From an uncultured Bacilli bacterium (GTDB taxonomy: Bacteria; Bacillota_I; Bacilli_A; RF39; UBA660), in NCBI GenBank assembly GCA_947629405.1, contig CANRDL010000001.1, positions 7,502 through 71,501 of the forward strand: a DNA stretch of 64,000 nucleotides. The letters are read 5' to 3'. The translations under genes were made by a program, and so were the position numbers. The number at the start of each line of letters is the position of its first letter. The first letter of the stretch is position 1. The notes beneath the pieces are model-generated. The model saw nothing but the letters and a program-made list of their open reading frames with translations, had not been told where the DNA came from and ran no database searches. Shown piece by piece: positions 9,769-19,810 of the stretch.

Positions 9769-11292
9769 ATGGAAAAAATAATAAGTTTTAAATATAACAA
9801 TTGTGAATATATTCTTTTTTACGATAAAGAATTAATATGTGGGAAGAATATAAATGGTAAATTAAGTTTTGATTTAACTCAAGATGAAAAGGATCTTGTT
9901 TTTTCTGTTTATTCAAAAGTAGTACCAACTGATAATTTAAAAAAACTTAGGAATGTCACTATTCATAAAAAAGTTTTTCAACATTTTTTTGATTTAACTA
10001 ATAGACTACATGTATTTTATGATGAATTTAACAATATTCCTAAATTAGAAGATTTTATAATTTTAAATAAATTATATAATAATCAAAAGCAATATTTTGA
10101 AAGTATAAAAAAAGATAAAAAAGCTTTAAAAGAAGAAAAAGATGCCAATTATATAAGAAGAAATGTAAGTGTTTATAAAAGAAATAAAAAAGAAAAAATT
10201 TGTGTTAATATTTTTCTATCATTATGCTTAATATATACAGGTTTCGTACATTTACAATGTGTTCCTAAGGTTGCTAATGTTATTCAAATAGAAACTGGTT
10301 TATATCAACAGTATGAGTCATTGAATGAAAATGATATAATTAATGCTATAAATAATAATCCTAATTTATCTAATGAAGAAAAAAAATATTTATCATCTTT
10401 TAATGATTTTTTCACTGATATGTTGCCATATTGGGATTACAGTGATTTAATGGATAGTTTATCAAAAATGACTATAAATTATACACCTGAAAGCGCTTCA
10501 AAAGTGAATGGTACTTGGGACCCAATATTTCGTCAAATATCAATTTATGAAAGTACTAAACTTACCAAAGATAATATAGGAACTTTAAGACATGAATTTT
10601 TTCATACAACTACCTCTAAAGCTGCTTCTTTGGGGATTACCATTGATGACGGATTTTATGAATTATTAAATAGAGTAATGGATGATGAATATAGTTATCT
10701 GAATTCTACATGTATAGAATATGATTATGGCTATAATTATATAGAAGAAATTGGATATATAATGCTAGATTTATTTGATAGTGAAACTTTAAAAGCGTAT
10801 CATGCCAAACCTAATTTACAAATGTTAATTGATAGCCTTATGAACATAATTCCAGATGAAGATATGGCTTATAATTTGCTTAATGATTTTAATGATTATT
10901 TTCTTGCTTGTAAAGGTTATTACGATATTGATAAAAAATTATTTGATTATAAATCAAAAGATGAGTTTTTTGAAAATATGTGTACATTAACTCCTTTATT
11001 AAAAGAAAATTTAAAAAAATATTGGGAACTTAAACATAGTAAAAGCATAAGTAGTGATCCGTTTATTTATTACTTATATAATAAATATGAGTATTATACA
11101 GATAGAATTATAAAAATAAATTGTAATAGTTATATTTCCTATTCAGAATTTGCTGATGGTGTAATTGCAAATTATAAACCTTGTATAAATCAAAGATTAT
11201 TTAATTCATATGACTTTAAGTTGTTAATTCCTTTAAAGGATGGTAGAACTGTTTCTTATATAGAAACTTATGATAAATCAATTACAAAATAA
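9769..11292 (+). CDS. Membrane-anchored putative zinc metalloprotease (gluzincin-like HEFFH...E)
   Basis: HEFFH motif with a Glu about 19-20 residues downstream (GFYE), matching thermolysin-type spacing. One predicted TM helix (ICVNIFLSLCLIYTGFVHL) precedes the HExxH domain. No family recognised. Confidence 0.45.
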   Translation: MEKIISFKYNNCEYILFYDKELICGKNINGKLSFDLTQDEKDLVFSVYSKVVPTDNLKKLRNVTIHKKVFQHFFDLTNRLHVFYDEFNNIPKLEDFIILNKLYNNQKQYFESIKKDKKALKEEKDANYIRRNVSVYKRNKKEKICVNIFLSLCLIYTGFVHLQCVPKVANVIQIETGLYQQYESLNENDIINAINNNPNLSNEEKKYLSSFNDFFTDMLPYWDYSDLMDSLSKMTINYTPESASKVNGTWDPIFRQISIYESTKLTKDNIGTLRHEFFHTTTSKAASLGITIDDGFYELLNRVMDDEYSYLNSTCIEYDYGYNYIEEIGYIMLDLFDSETLKAYHAKPNLQMLIDSLMNIIPDEDMAYNLLNDFNDYFLACKGYYDIDKKLFDYKSKDEFFENMCTLTPLLKENLKKYWELKHSKSISSDPFIYYLYNKYEYYTDRIIKINCNSYISYSEFADGVIANYKPCINQRLFNSYDFKLLIPLKDGRTVSYIETYDKSITK

Positions 11293-11441
11293 ATTAAGGG
11301 ATACTTATCTTGGGGGATAAACTTTACGAAATAAAAAGTAAATAATAAAATTATGTAAAGTATTAAATAATTATTAAATAAAAAAATAATATATATGATA
11401 TAATGTTTATAGAATATAAATTATAATTAGGAGGAAAATTT

Positions 11442-11990
11442 ATGTGGATTTATATAGTAATAGCTATAGTTGTATTAATTTTAATATATGTTTTAGTAAC
11501 ATATAATAGTTTAATAAAAATTAAAAATAAGGTAGAGGAAGCATTTTCAACAATGGATGTTTATCTAAAGAAAAGATGGGATTTAATTCCTAATATTATC
11601 GAAACTGTAAAAGGTTATGCCAAACATGAAAATGAAACATTAAAAGAAGTTATAAATTTAAGAAATACTGCTTATGAAAAAATGAACAATAATGATAAAG
11701 TTGAACTTAATAATAAATTATCTCAAAGTATAAATAATTTAATGGCATTATCGGAATCATATCCAAATCTTAAAGCTAATGAAAATTTTAAAGATTTAAG
11801 TAATCAATTAGCTAAAGTAGAAGAAGACATTGCTAATTCTCGAAAATATTATAATGGTTCAGTTAGAATTATGAATGATAAACTTCAAATGTTTCCAAGT
11901 AATATTGTTGGTAAAATTTTAGGTTTTAAAGTTCAAAAAATGTTTGAAGCCAGTGAAAAAGAAAGAGAAAATGTTAAAGTTGAATTTTAA
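11442..11990 (+). CDS. lemA: LemA family protein
   Basis: N-terminal TM plus conserved LemA-type sequence (KRWDLIPNIIETVKGYAKHE...). Confidence 0.85.
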   Translation: MWIYIVIAIVVLILIYVLVTYNSLIKIKNKVEEAFSTMDVYLKKRWDLIPNIIETVKGYAKHENETLKEVINLRNTAYEKMNNNDKVELNNKLSQSINNLMALSESYPNLKANENFKDLSNQLAKVEEDIANSRKYYNGSVRIMNDKLQMFPSNIVGKILGFKVQKMFEASEKERENVKVEF

Positions 11991-12002
11991 TTGGAGAAAT
12001 AT

Positions 12003-13997
12003 ATGAAAAAATTATTAAAAAAAATAGTTACTTTTTTAGTGATTATTTTTACTTTTATATTTATTTATCCTGATAATGTCTCTGCTACAACTATAAAACC
12101 AAGTCAAGATAGCAGATATAATTCTTATGAATATGTAATTGATAGTTATGATATAGATATTAAAGTAAATGAAAATAATACTTTTGATATTACGGAAACT
12201 ATCGTTGCTTATTTTAATCAACCTAAACATGGTATTTATCGAAATATTCCTTTAAAAAATACCATTAAAAGGTTAGATGGTACTACTTCAACTAATAGAG
12301 CTAAAATCACTAATGTTAAAGTAAGTGAAGAGGCTAGTGCATCAAAGTCAATGGGAGAATATAGTTTGCAGATTGGTTCTGAAGATAAAACAATAACTAA
12401 AGAACATGCCTATAAAATTAGTTATAATTATGATATAGGAAAAGATCCAGTTAAAGACTATGATGAACTATATTATAATATTATTGGTGATGAATGGGAT
12501 ACAGTAATTGGAAATGTAACATTTAAAATAACGATGCCCAAAGAATTTGATTCTAGTAAATTAGGATTTTCATCAGGCCTAAAAGGCTCAACTAATAATG
12601 AAAATATTACTTATAATGTTTCTGATAAAGTTATTGAAGGAAGCTATGATGCAATATTATCGCCTGGTGAAGCTTTAACAGTTAGAACAGAATTAGAAGA
12701 AGGTTATTTTGTTGGAGCAGGACATACTTTAAAAATAGGTGATTATTTAATTTATCTTGTTCCAATATTGTTTTTAGCGATTGCCATTTTGTTATGGCAT
12801 AAATATGGTAAAGATAATCAAGTTATTGAAACTGTAGAATTTTATCCACCGGAAGGACTAAATAGTTTAGAAGTAGGATTTTTATATAAAGGTTATGCTA
12901 ATAATACTGATGTTACTTCATTACTAATTTATCTTGCTAATAAAAAATATATAAAAATTGTTGAAACTGAAAAGAAAAGCTTATTTTCTAATAAGAAAGA
13001 TTTTAAAATTATTAAATTAAAAGACTATGATGGTGACAATAAAGAAGAAAAATTATTTTTAAAAGGCTTATTTAAAAATAAGTCTTCCTCAAAATCAAGT
13101 CATTTGAAAAATAAAATGCATGAGGGCAATGATACTTCAGAAGGAATTAGTGAAGTCACATCATCCGATTTATATGATAAATTTTATATTACAATGGAAA
13201 CAATAATTGATAATATTAATGATAAAAAAAGTAAAATTTTTGAAATAAAAAATGCAAGTAAATCATCTTATATTAAATTAATGATTTTTTTAACTTTCTT
13301 GATAATAACGATACCGCCTATATTATCATATGGTAATACTGATGAATTAATATTAGTTTTATTATTTCCAAGTTTTGGGTTTACTTTTTTATTTTTGGCA
13401 TTAATAGGTGGAGAAACAAATATGTCACACGTTAACAAAAAGTCTTCTTTAGTGATAACAAAAATATTTTATATAATATCTGGTTTATTTGCTTTACTCC
13501 CTGGAATCTTTTTCCTATTACCTGCTTTGTTACAAGAAAAATTATATTTAATAGGTTATTTGGTAGGATTAGGGTGTATACTAGGCTTACTTATTTGTCA
13601 TAAATATTTACCAAAAAGAACTCCATATGGTAATGAAATGTTAGGAAAAATAAGAGGCTTTAGAAATTTTTTAAAAACTGCCGAAAAAGATCGTTTAGAA
13701 GCTATGGTTATGCAAGATCCATCTTATTTTTATAATATTCTTCCTTATACTTATGTTTTAGGTGTTTCTGATAAATGGATTAAAAAATTTGAAACTATAT
13801 CATTACAGGCTCCTACTTGGTATGATAATCCTAATAATTTCAATATAACAGTATTTGAGAACTTTATAAATAATACTATGACATCTGCTCAAAATGTTAT
13901 GTCTTCTAGTCCAACTAATTCATCAAGTGGAAGTGGCTTTTCTGGTGGCGGGTCATCTGGAGGTGGCTCCGGCGGCGGAGGCGGAGGTTCTTGGTAA
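12003..13997 (+). CDS. DUF2207-family membrane protein (LemA partner) with a Gly/Ser-rich C-terminal tail
   Basis: Signal/TM N-terminus, multiple TM helices mid-protein, and a C-terminal SSGSGFSGGGSSGGGSGGGGGGSW tail characteristic of DUF2207 proteins. Immediately follows lemA. Start ATG 12003; the track's 11991 start is a TTG read-through. Confidence 0.75.
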   Translation: MKKLLKKIVTFLVIIFTFIFIYPDNVSATTIKPSQDSRYNSYEYVIDSYDIDIKVNENNTFDITETIVAYFNQPKHGIYRNIPLKNTIKRLDGTTSTNRAKITNVKVSEEASASKSMGEYSLQIGSEDKTITKEHAYKISYNYDIGKDPVKDYDELYYNIIGDEWDTVIGNVTFKITMPKEFDSSKLGFSSGLKGSTNNENITYNVSDKVIEGSYDAILSPGEALTVRTELEEGYFVGAGHTLKIGDYLIYLVPILFLAIAILLWHKYGKDNQVIETVEFYPPEGLNSLEVGFLYKGYANNTDVTSLLIYLANKKYIKIVETEKKSLFSNKKDFKIIKLKDYDGDNKEEKLFLKGLFKNKSSSKSSHLKNKMHEGNDTSEGISEVTSSDLYDKFYITMETIIDNINDKKSKIFEIKNASKSSYIKLMIFLTFLIITIPPILSYGNTDELILVLLFPSFGFTFLFLALIGGETNMSHVNKKSSLVITKIFYIISGLFALLPGIFFLLPALLQEKLYLIGYLVGLGCILGLLICHKYLPKRTPYGNEMLGKIRGFRNFLKTAEKDRLEAMVMQDPSYFYNILPYTYVLGVSDKWIKKFETISLQAPTWYDNPNNFNITVFENFINNTMTSAQNVMSSSPTNSSSGSGFSGGGSSGGGSGGGGGGSW

Positions 13998-14065
13998 TTT
14001 CTAAAAGAATTTTATTCATTATGACTATTCATTTTTAATTATTTGTTATATAATACAAATACAAA

Positions 14066-14539
14066 ATGAAGGTGATAAATTTGCTGGAAGGATACAAATC
14101 TTTTAACAAAGATCATATTAATAGTTATGGAAGAAAATTTGAAGAAGATAAAATTTATGAATCGAAAGATGGATTTTATTTTAGCACTAATTTTGAAGAT
14201 ACACTAAGATATTTCGATGGTCATAATGAAGATATTTCTGTTGCTAAAGTTTTGTCTTTAAAATCTGAGAAAAAAATTATTAAAATAGAAGATGTATATT
14301 ATGGTTATTATGATAACTATATTACTAATTATTTAAAAATAATAAAATTTTTAGATAGAAATGATATTTATCATATTATTTGTAAATCAATAGATAATAT
14401 TGATAAAATAAAGAGAATTATTCAAGGATTAAAGTTAACTAATGAAGAAATAGAGTGGATTTTAAAAAATGTAGATAAATATCATTATAATTCTATAGAA
14501 AAAAGTATTAATTTTTATCAAAAAAGATTAAAAAGATAA
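14066..14539 (+). CDS. Hypothetical protein (157 aa)
   Basis: ORF only. A possible alternative TTG start at 14082 lies behind an AAGGTGA RBS. Confidence 0.4.
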   Translation: MKVINLLEGYKSFNKDHINSYGRKFEEDKIYESKDGFYFSTNFEDTLRYFDGHNEDISVAKVLSLKSEKKIIKIEDVYYGYYDNYITNYLKIIKFLDRNDIYHIICKSIDNIDKIKRIIQGLKLTNEEIEWILKNVDKYHYNSIEKSINFYQKRLKR

Positions 14540-14614
14540 CAATAAAAATACAACTAAAAACAAATTACTTTTCATAATTTGTTTTTTTTGTTATACTTTA
14601 TTTATGGTGATAAT

Positions 14615-16135
14615 ATGAAAAAAGTACTGACAATAGTATTAGATGGTTTTGGAATTAGAGAAGATGAACATGGTAATGCTATTAAAAATGCTCATACTCC
14701 TAATTTCGATAAATTATATAGTAGTTATCCCCATTCTTTATTGGAAGCAAGTGGAGAAGCGGTTGGTCTTCCCAATGGTCAATTTGGAAATAGCGAAGTT
14801 GGACATTCTACAATTGGGGCTGGACATAAATTAACGCAAAGACTTTTAGAAGTTACTGATTATTTAAAAACAGATGAAATTTTTGAAAATGAAAATTTTA
14901 AAGAAATGATAAATTATGCTAAAAATAATGATTCAAATATTCATTTAATTGGTTTAGCATCTAATGGTGGAGTGCATAGTGATATTCGTTTTTTTGAAAA
15001 AATATTATCGAAATTAAAGAAAATTAATATGAAAAAAATATATTTACATTTAATTACTGATGGTAGGGATACTTATACTAAATCAGCTCCTGTATTTGTT
15101 AAATATATTAATAATGCTATTGAAAAACATGGTATTGGTAAAATAGCAACTGTATGTGGAAGATACTATGCAATGGATAGAGATAATAAATGGGATAGAA
15201 CTAAATTATACTATGATGCAATTACTTACGGAAAAGGTATGAGTACTCGTAATTTAGATGATACAATCAAACAATATTATGAAAAGGGCATTACTGATGA
15301 ATTTTTACCACCAATTATTGTCGATAAAAATGGTGTTATTGAAGATCGTGATTGTATATTTTGGTTAAATTTCCGCAATGATAGAGCGAAACAAATTTTA
15401 ATGTCATTTGCAAATAAAGATTTTCATAATTATCCTCAAAAGCGAATGGATAATTATATCTTATCTTTATATGAAATTTCTAAAAATATTAAAACTCATT
15501 ATTTAATTGAAGAAAATTTAAGCGAAAATCCTTTAGGCATATATCTATCTAAATTAGGTTTAACACAAGCAAGAATTGCTGAAACGGAAAAATATGCTCA
15601 TGTTACCTTTTTCTTTGATGCACAAAAAGATCTTGATTTAGTTGGTTGTGACAAATATTTAGTACCATCGCCTAAGGTATCTACATATGATTTAAAACCA
15701 GAAATGAGTGCTTTTGAGGTAAAAGATAAAGTATTAGAGTGTTTAGATAAAGATTATGATTTCATATTAGTTAACTTTGCAAACTGTGATATGGTTGGAC
15801 ACACTGGTAATATGCAAGCAACCATCAAGGCCGTAGAAGCTGTTGATAAATGTTTAGGAGAAATTGTGGAAGGAGCTAAAAATAATTTTTATAAAATATT
15901 TTTACTAGCCGATCATGGAAATGCTGATTATATGCTAAATGATAAAAATGTAAAAATAACAACCCATTCATGTTCCAAAGTTCCTTTTATAATAACTGAT
16001 AAAAAAGTAAAATTAATTGATGGAACTTTATGTAATGTCGCACCGACAATTTTAAAATATATGGATATTGCCTTACCTAAAGAAATGGAAGAAACTGGGG
16101 ATTTATTCTATAATAAAGAGGAGAGTAGTATATGA
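14615..16135 (+). CDS. gpmI: 2,3-bisphosphoglycerate-independent phosphoglycerate mutase
   Basis: MKKVLTIVLDGFGIR, HSDIRF and ADHGNA motifs of iPGM. The start is at ATG 14615; the track ORF extends upstream artefactually. Confidence 0.9.
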   Translation: MKKVLTIVLDGFGIREDEHGNAIKNAHTPNFDKLYSSYPHSLLEASGEAVGLPNGQFGNSEVGHSTIGAGHKLTQRLLEVTDYLKTDEIFENENFKEMINYAKNNDSNIHLIGLASNGGVHSDIRFFEKILSKLKKINMKKIYLHLITDGRDTYTKSAPVFVKYINNAIEKHGIGKIATVCGRYYAMDRDNKWDRTKLYYDAITYGKGMSTRNLDDTIKQYYEKGITDEFLPPIIVDKNGVIEDRDCIFWLNFRNDRAKQILMSFANKDFHNYPQKRMDNYILSLYEISKNIKTHYLIEENLSENPLGIYLSKLGLTQARIAETEKYAHVTFFFDAQKDLDLVGCDKYLVPSPKVSTYDLKPEMSAFEVKDKVLECLDKDYDFILVNFANCDMVGHTGNMQATIKAVEAVDKCLGEIVEGAKNNFYKIFLLADHGNADYMLNDKNVKITTHSCSKVPFIITDKKVKLIDGTLCNVAPTILKYMDIALPKEMEETGDLFYNKEESSI

Positions 16136-16908
16136 AAAAACAAATAAAAAAAGAAAATAAAAAAAATAAACCAAAATTAGAAATAAAAAATTTATTTAAT
16201 TATTTAACTTTAATTTTTGTTGGTTTAGCAATAATAGCTGTAATATTTTTAATAATATTTTCTATTATTAACAAAAATAGTTTAAAAAAGGAAAAAAATC
16301 AAGAAGTTAAAGTTAGTGATGCTACTAAATTTAAAAATGATTATGAAAATCTTAATAACAAAACAAACGATAATAATCAAAAATATCCTGAAGTATCAAT
16401 TAGTGATGATAATGTTGTTAAGTATACTTCTTATAAAGAAATTAATAGTATTTTAGATAATAAAAAAACTGCTGTTATCTATTTTGGCTTCAAAGAATGT
16501 CCATGGTGTAGAAATGCTGTTCCTGTTCTTTTACAAGCAGTATCATCTACGGGATTAGATAAATTATATTATTTAGATATTAAAAATGATCGAAATGAAC
16601 TAAAGAAAGAAAATGGTCAAATTAAAACAGTAAAAGAAGGAAAAGAAGATTATAATAAATTAGTAAGTCGACTTTCCGATAAATTAGATGTGTATGAAGG
16701 GCTTGAAGATAATACTATTAAAAGAATATATGCTCCAACTGTTATGTTTATAAAAAATGGTGAAGTTGTAAGTATTCATACCTCAACAGTTGAAAGTCAA
16801 AAAGATCCTTATAATATTTTAGATAAAAATCAAAGAAAAGAGTTATATGAAATTTATAAAAAGGCAATTTTAGACATCCTTGATTCTAGTTGTGATGAGG
16901 CATGTTAA
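16132..16908 (+). CDS. Membrane-anchored thioredoxin-like protein (CPWC active-site motif)
   Basis: N-terminal TM helix and FKECPWCRNAV thioredoxin-fold motif. ATGA overlap with the gpmI stop. Confidence 0.55.
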   Translation: MKKQIKKENKKNKPKLEIKNLFNYLTLIFVGLAIIAVIFLIIFSIINKNSLKKEKNQEVKVSDATKFKNDYENLNNKTNDNNQKYPEVSISDDNVVKYTSYKEINSILDNKKTAVIYFGFKECPWCRNAVPVLLQAVSSTGLDKLYYLDIKNDRNELKKENGQIKTVKEGKEDYNKLVSRLSDKLDVYEGLEDNTIKRIYAPTVMFIKNGEVVSIHTSTVESQKDPYNILDKNQRKELYEIYKKAILDILDSSCDEAC

Positions 16909-17046
16909 AAAAAATTGTCTTTTTTTTGACAAACTATTTACATAAATTATTGTAATGAAAAAAAATAATGATATAATTATAATTGTAAGAATCGTAGATG
17001 ATATGACGATTGCTTTATGTATAAATAAATTTAGGAGGGTGTAAAA

Positions 17047-18444
17047 ATGTCAAAAGACAAACAAACAGAAAGAGAAGAAAGAACAATATTTATCGTTTTA
17101 GCAATTATATTACTTATTGCCATTGGTATTATTGTTACTTGGTATTTTACAAGGAATAAAGAGGATAAAAAATTAAAGGATAAAAAGAAACCAGAAACAA
17201 AAGAAGTAGTAAAAAAAGAAGATGATACAACTGAAGAAATTGCTTATGTAGAACCAGAAGTTGTTCAAACAGTAGCAACTACTGAAGAAACAAAAGTAGA
17301 AATTCCTGCTCCAGTAATAACTTATGGTAGTGAAATTAATTCATTACTTAAACAATATCAAAATGGTATTGATTTAAGTACTACTAATGTAAATTTAGAT
17401 GATTTTAAAAATGATGTAACAGCTGAAGATTACCAAGGTAATAATGTTACTGTAGAAACTTTAATCGTTGCATACATGATTGATGGAAGTCAATGGAATA
17501 TTACAAACGAGCCAAATATCCAAATTACTGCTAGCATAGACAAAATTGTAATTTCATATAAAGCTACAGATAATGATGGTAGAGTAACTACAAAAACTAT
17601 AGTGCTTGATGTTAATAATAATATAGCAAATTTACAAATTACTAATGAAAATAAGCAATTAAAACAAGAAAAAGGTCAATATAGTTTAATTATTGATCAA
17701 AATGAAAAACTTGAATTATCATTTTATTCAAATAATATTAAAGAAACATCAATTGATAATAAAAATATAAATCAAAGTGATCAAGAAACTTCTTATATTG
17801 AAGATGTAATAGTTAAAGTAGATGAAAATGATAGTAATGCAGGAACAGTTACTTATAGTAAAAGTGTAAAAGATCTTGATGAAACATTAACTATTAATGT
17901 TAATAATCAAATACTTACTATAAATATTACAAAAGTTGGTATAAATGAATTAAAGATAGATTCAAAACCTGTTACTATAAAAGAAGATGGAACAATAGAA
18001 GAAATAACAGCTGAAGGTACCACAATAGGAATTGAATTAACTTTAACAGATGAAACATCTAATATGAAATTGATTAAAGATAATGAAGAAATAGCTGCAG
18101 AAAAAGAACAAAATAAATATAAGATATCTGATATACAATTAAATGAAGGACAAAATAAATTTGAAATTGTAGTTGAAAATCAAGGAATTAAAAAAGAATA
18201 TACTTTTATAGTTACTTATAATAATCCTAGTCCATCAAGTATGTCTGCAATAAATCTAGAAACAAATTTTGGAAATGAGATTATATCTTTAAAATCTAAT
18301 AAAGATATGGAAGAACCAAAAGAAGAAATTAAAGAAGAAATTGATGAATGTGAAACTAATACTGAAGAAGAAAAAGTAGAAGAAACAGAGTTAGATCAAA
18401 ATACAGAATTAGAAGATACAATCAATTCTTTAGAAAATGAATAG
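17047..18444 (+). CDS. Hypothetical surface/membrane protein, Thr/Glu-rich
   Basis: N-terminal TM (IFIVLAIILLIAIGIIVTWYF), beta-rich middle region and an acidic C-terminus. No family recognised. Confidence 0.45.
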   Translation: MSKDKQTEREERTIFIVLAIILLIAIGIIVTWYFTRNKEDKKLKDKKKPETKEVVKKEDDTTEEIAYVEPEVVQTVATTEETKVEIPAPVITYGSEINSLLKQYQNGIDLSTTNVNLDDFKNDVTAEDYQGNNVTVETLIVAYMIDGSQWNITNEPNIQITASIDKIVISYKATDNDGRVTTKTIVLDVNNNIANLQITNENKQLKQEKGQYSLIIDQNEKLELSFYSNNIKETSIDNKNINQSDQETSYIEDVIVKVDENDSNAGTVTYSKSVKDLDETLTINVNNQILTINITKVGINELKIDSKPVTIKEDGTIEEITAEGTTIGIELTLTDETSNMKLIKDNEEIAAEKEQNKYKISDIQLNEGQNKFEIVVENQGIKKEYTFIVTYNNPSPSSMSAINLETNFGNEIISLKSNKDMEEPKEEIKEEIDECETNTEEEKVEETELDQNTELEDTINSLENE

Positions 18445-18447
18445 AAA

Positions 18448-18476
18448 TTTAAGCACATTAGTGCTTTTTTTCTTGT
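18448..18476 (+). terminator. Rho-independent terminator
   Basis: Hairpin aagcacattagtgctt followed by a T-run. Confidence 0.55.
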
Positions 18477-18528
18477 TTTAAAAGTTTATTTACATTATAA
18501 TAATTATTAGTAATGAGGATGTGGTAAC

Positions 18529-19806
18529 ATGAAAACTATTACACTTTTACCAGCTGATATATATACAGTTTATAATAAAACTGTTTTAACTAAAGTTGAT
18601 AAAGATAATTTGATAAGTTTATATCAACCAATAATTGGACATACAGCGGTAAGCCTTTATTTAACTTTATGGCGTGATTTAGATAAATTAGAAATTATTT
18701 CTAAAGATTTTACACATCATCATTTAATGACTATATTAAAAATAAGCTTAGATGAAATAAAAATGGCTCGCGAAGTTTTGGAGTCAGTTGGATTAATAAA
18801 AACATATTTAAAAAAAGGACCAATTAATAATTATGTTTATGAATTATATTCTCCTTTAAGCAGTTATGAATTTTTTAATCATCCGATATTAAATGTAGTA
18901 CTTTATAATAATATTGGTAAAATTGAATATGAAAATTTAAAAAAATTATATAAAAATGTAAGTATTAATTTAAAAGATTATGAAGATATAAGCAAGACAT
19001 TAGATAGCACTTTTAAATCAAGTAGTAATATTAATTTTGATAGTAATGGTATTAAAGAAAAAAATGTTTCTAAAATCAATATTAAAAAAGGGTTGGATTT
19101 TGATTTAATTATTTCTTCTTTACCTAAAGGAGTAATTAATGATAAGACTTTTAATAAAAAAACTAAAGAACTTATTAATAATTTAGCTTTTGTATATAAT
19201 TTAGATTCATTAAAAATGAGTGAATTAATTCGTACAGTTTTAAATGAAAATGGTATAATTAATAAAGAAGCGTTAAGAAAAAGTGCTCGTAATTATTATC
19301 AATATAATAACTCATCATCTTTGCCAACTTTAATTTATCGAAAACAACCAGAATATTTAAAAAATCCTGATGGTGATGAAACTAAAAGAGGAAAAATATT
19401 ATATGTTTTTGAAAATACTTCACCATATGATTTTTTAAAAAATAAATATAAAGGTGCTCTTCCTACTAATAGAGATAAAAAACTTTTAGAAACTTTAGTT
19501 ATCGATCTTGATCTTAAACCAGCCGTAGTTAATGTATTAATAGATTATGTTTTAAAAATAAATAATAATAAATTATCTACTGCTTATGTAGAGACAATTG
19601 CTGGTCAATGGAAAAGATTAGGTTTAGAAACGGCTGCTGATGCTATGGAAGTAGCTGAAAAAGAACATAAAAAAATTAATAAAAAATTAAATACTAAAAA
19701 AACTGTTACTAAAAAACCTGTATGGTTTGATAGTGAAATTGAAAAAGAAGAAGCCTCTGACGAAGAAATAAAAGAAATGGAAGAATTATTAAAAGATTAT
19801 AGGTGA
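18529..19806 (+). CDS. dnaB: Replication initiation/membrane attachment protein (DnaB/DnaD-domain, Bacillus-sense DnaB)
   Basis: Located immediately upstream of dnaI, as in the Firmicutes dnaB-dnaI operon. DnaD-like C-terminal region (YVETIAGQWKRLGLETAADAME). Confidence 0.65.
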   Translation: MKTITLLPADIYTVYNKTVLTKVDKDNLISLYQPIIGHTAVSLYLTLWRDLDKLEIISKDFTHHHLMTILKISLDEIKMAREVLESVGLIKTYLKKGPINNYVYELYSPLSSYEFFNHPILNVVLYNNIGKIEYENLKKLYKNVSINLKDYEDISKTLDSTFKSSSNINFDSNGIKEKNVSKINIKKGLDFDLIISSLPKGVINDKTFNKKTKELINNLAFVYNLDSLKMSELIRTVLNENGIINKEALRKSARNYYQYNNSSSLPTLIYRKQPEYLKNPDGDETKRGKILYVFENTSPYDFLKNKYKGALPTNRDKKLLETLVIDLDLKPAVVNVLIDYVLKINNNKLSTAYVETIAGQWKRLGLETAADAMEVAEKEHKKINKKLNTKKTVTKKPVWFDSEIEKEEASDEEIKEMEELLKDYR

Positions 19807-19810
19807 TATA

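Noticed and set aside
13950-13995. Isolated GC-rich, G-run-containing stretch (ggtggcgg...ggcggcggaggcggagg) as a possible G-quadruplex or regulatory element
   Set aside because: It is fully explained as the codons for the Gly/Ser-rich C-terminal tail of the DUF2207 protein, and it is in frame up to the stop.
14579-14614. Upstream extensions of track ORFs: gpmI from 14579, typA from 25935, pheT from 36592, the DUF2207 gene from 11991, and the Hpt-REC gene from 39144
   Set aside because: The extensions add non-conserved residues and lack RBSs. Conserved N-termini with proper RBSs begin at 14615, 25995, 36625, 12003 and 39153 respectively.
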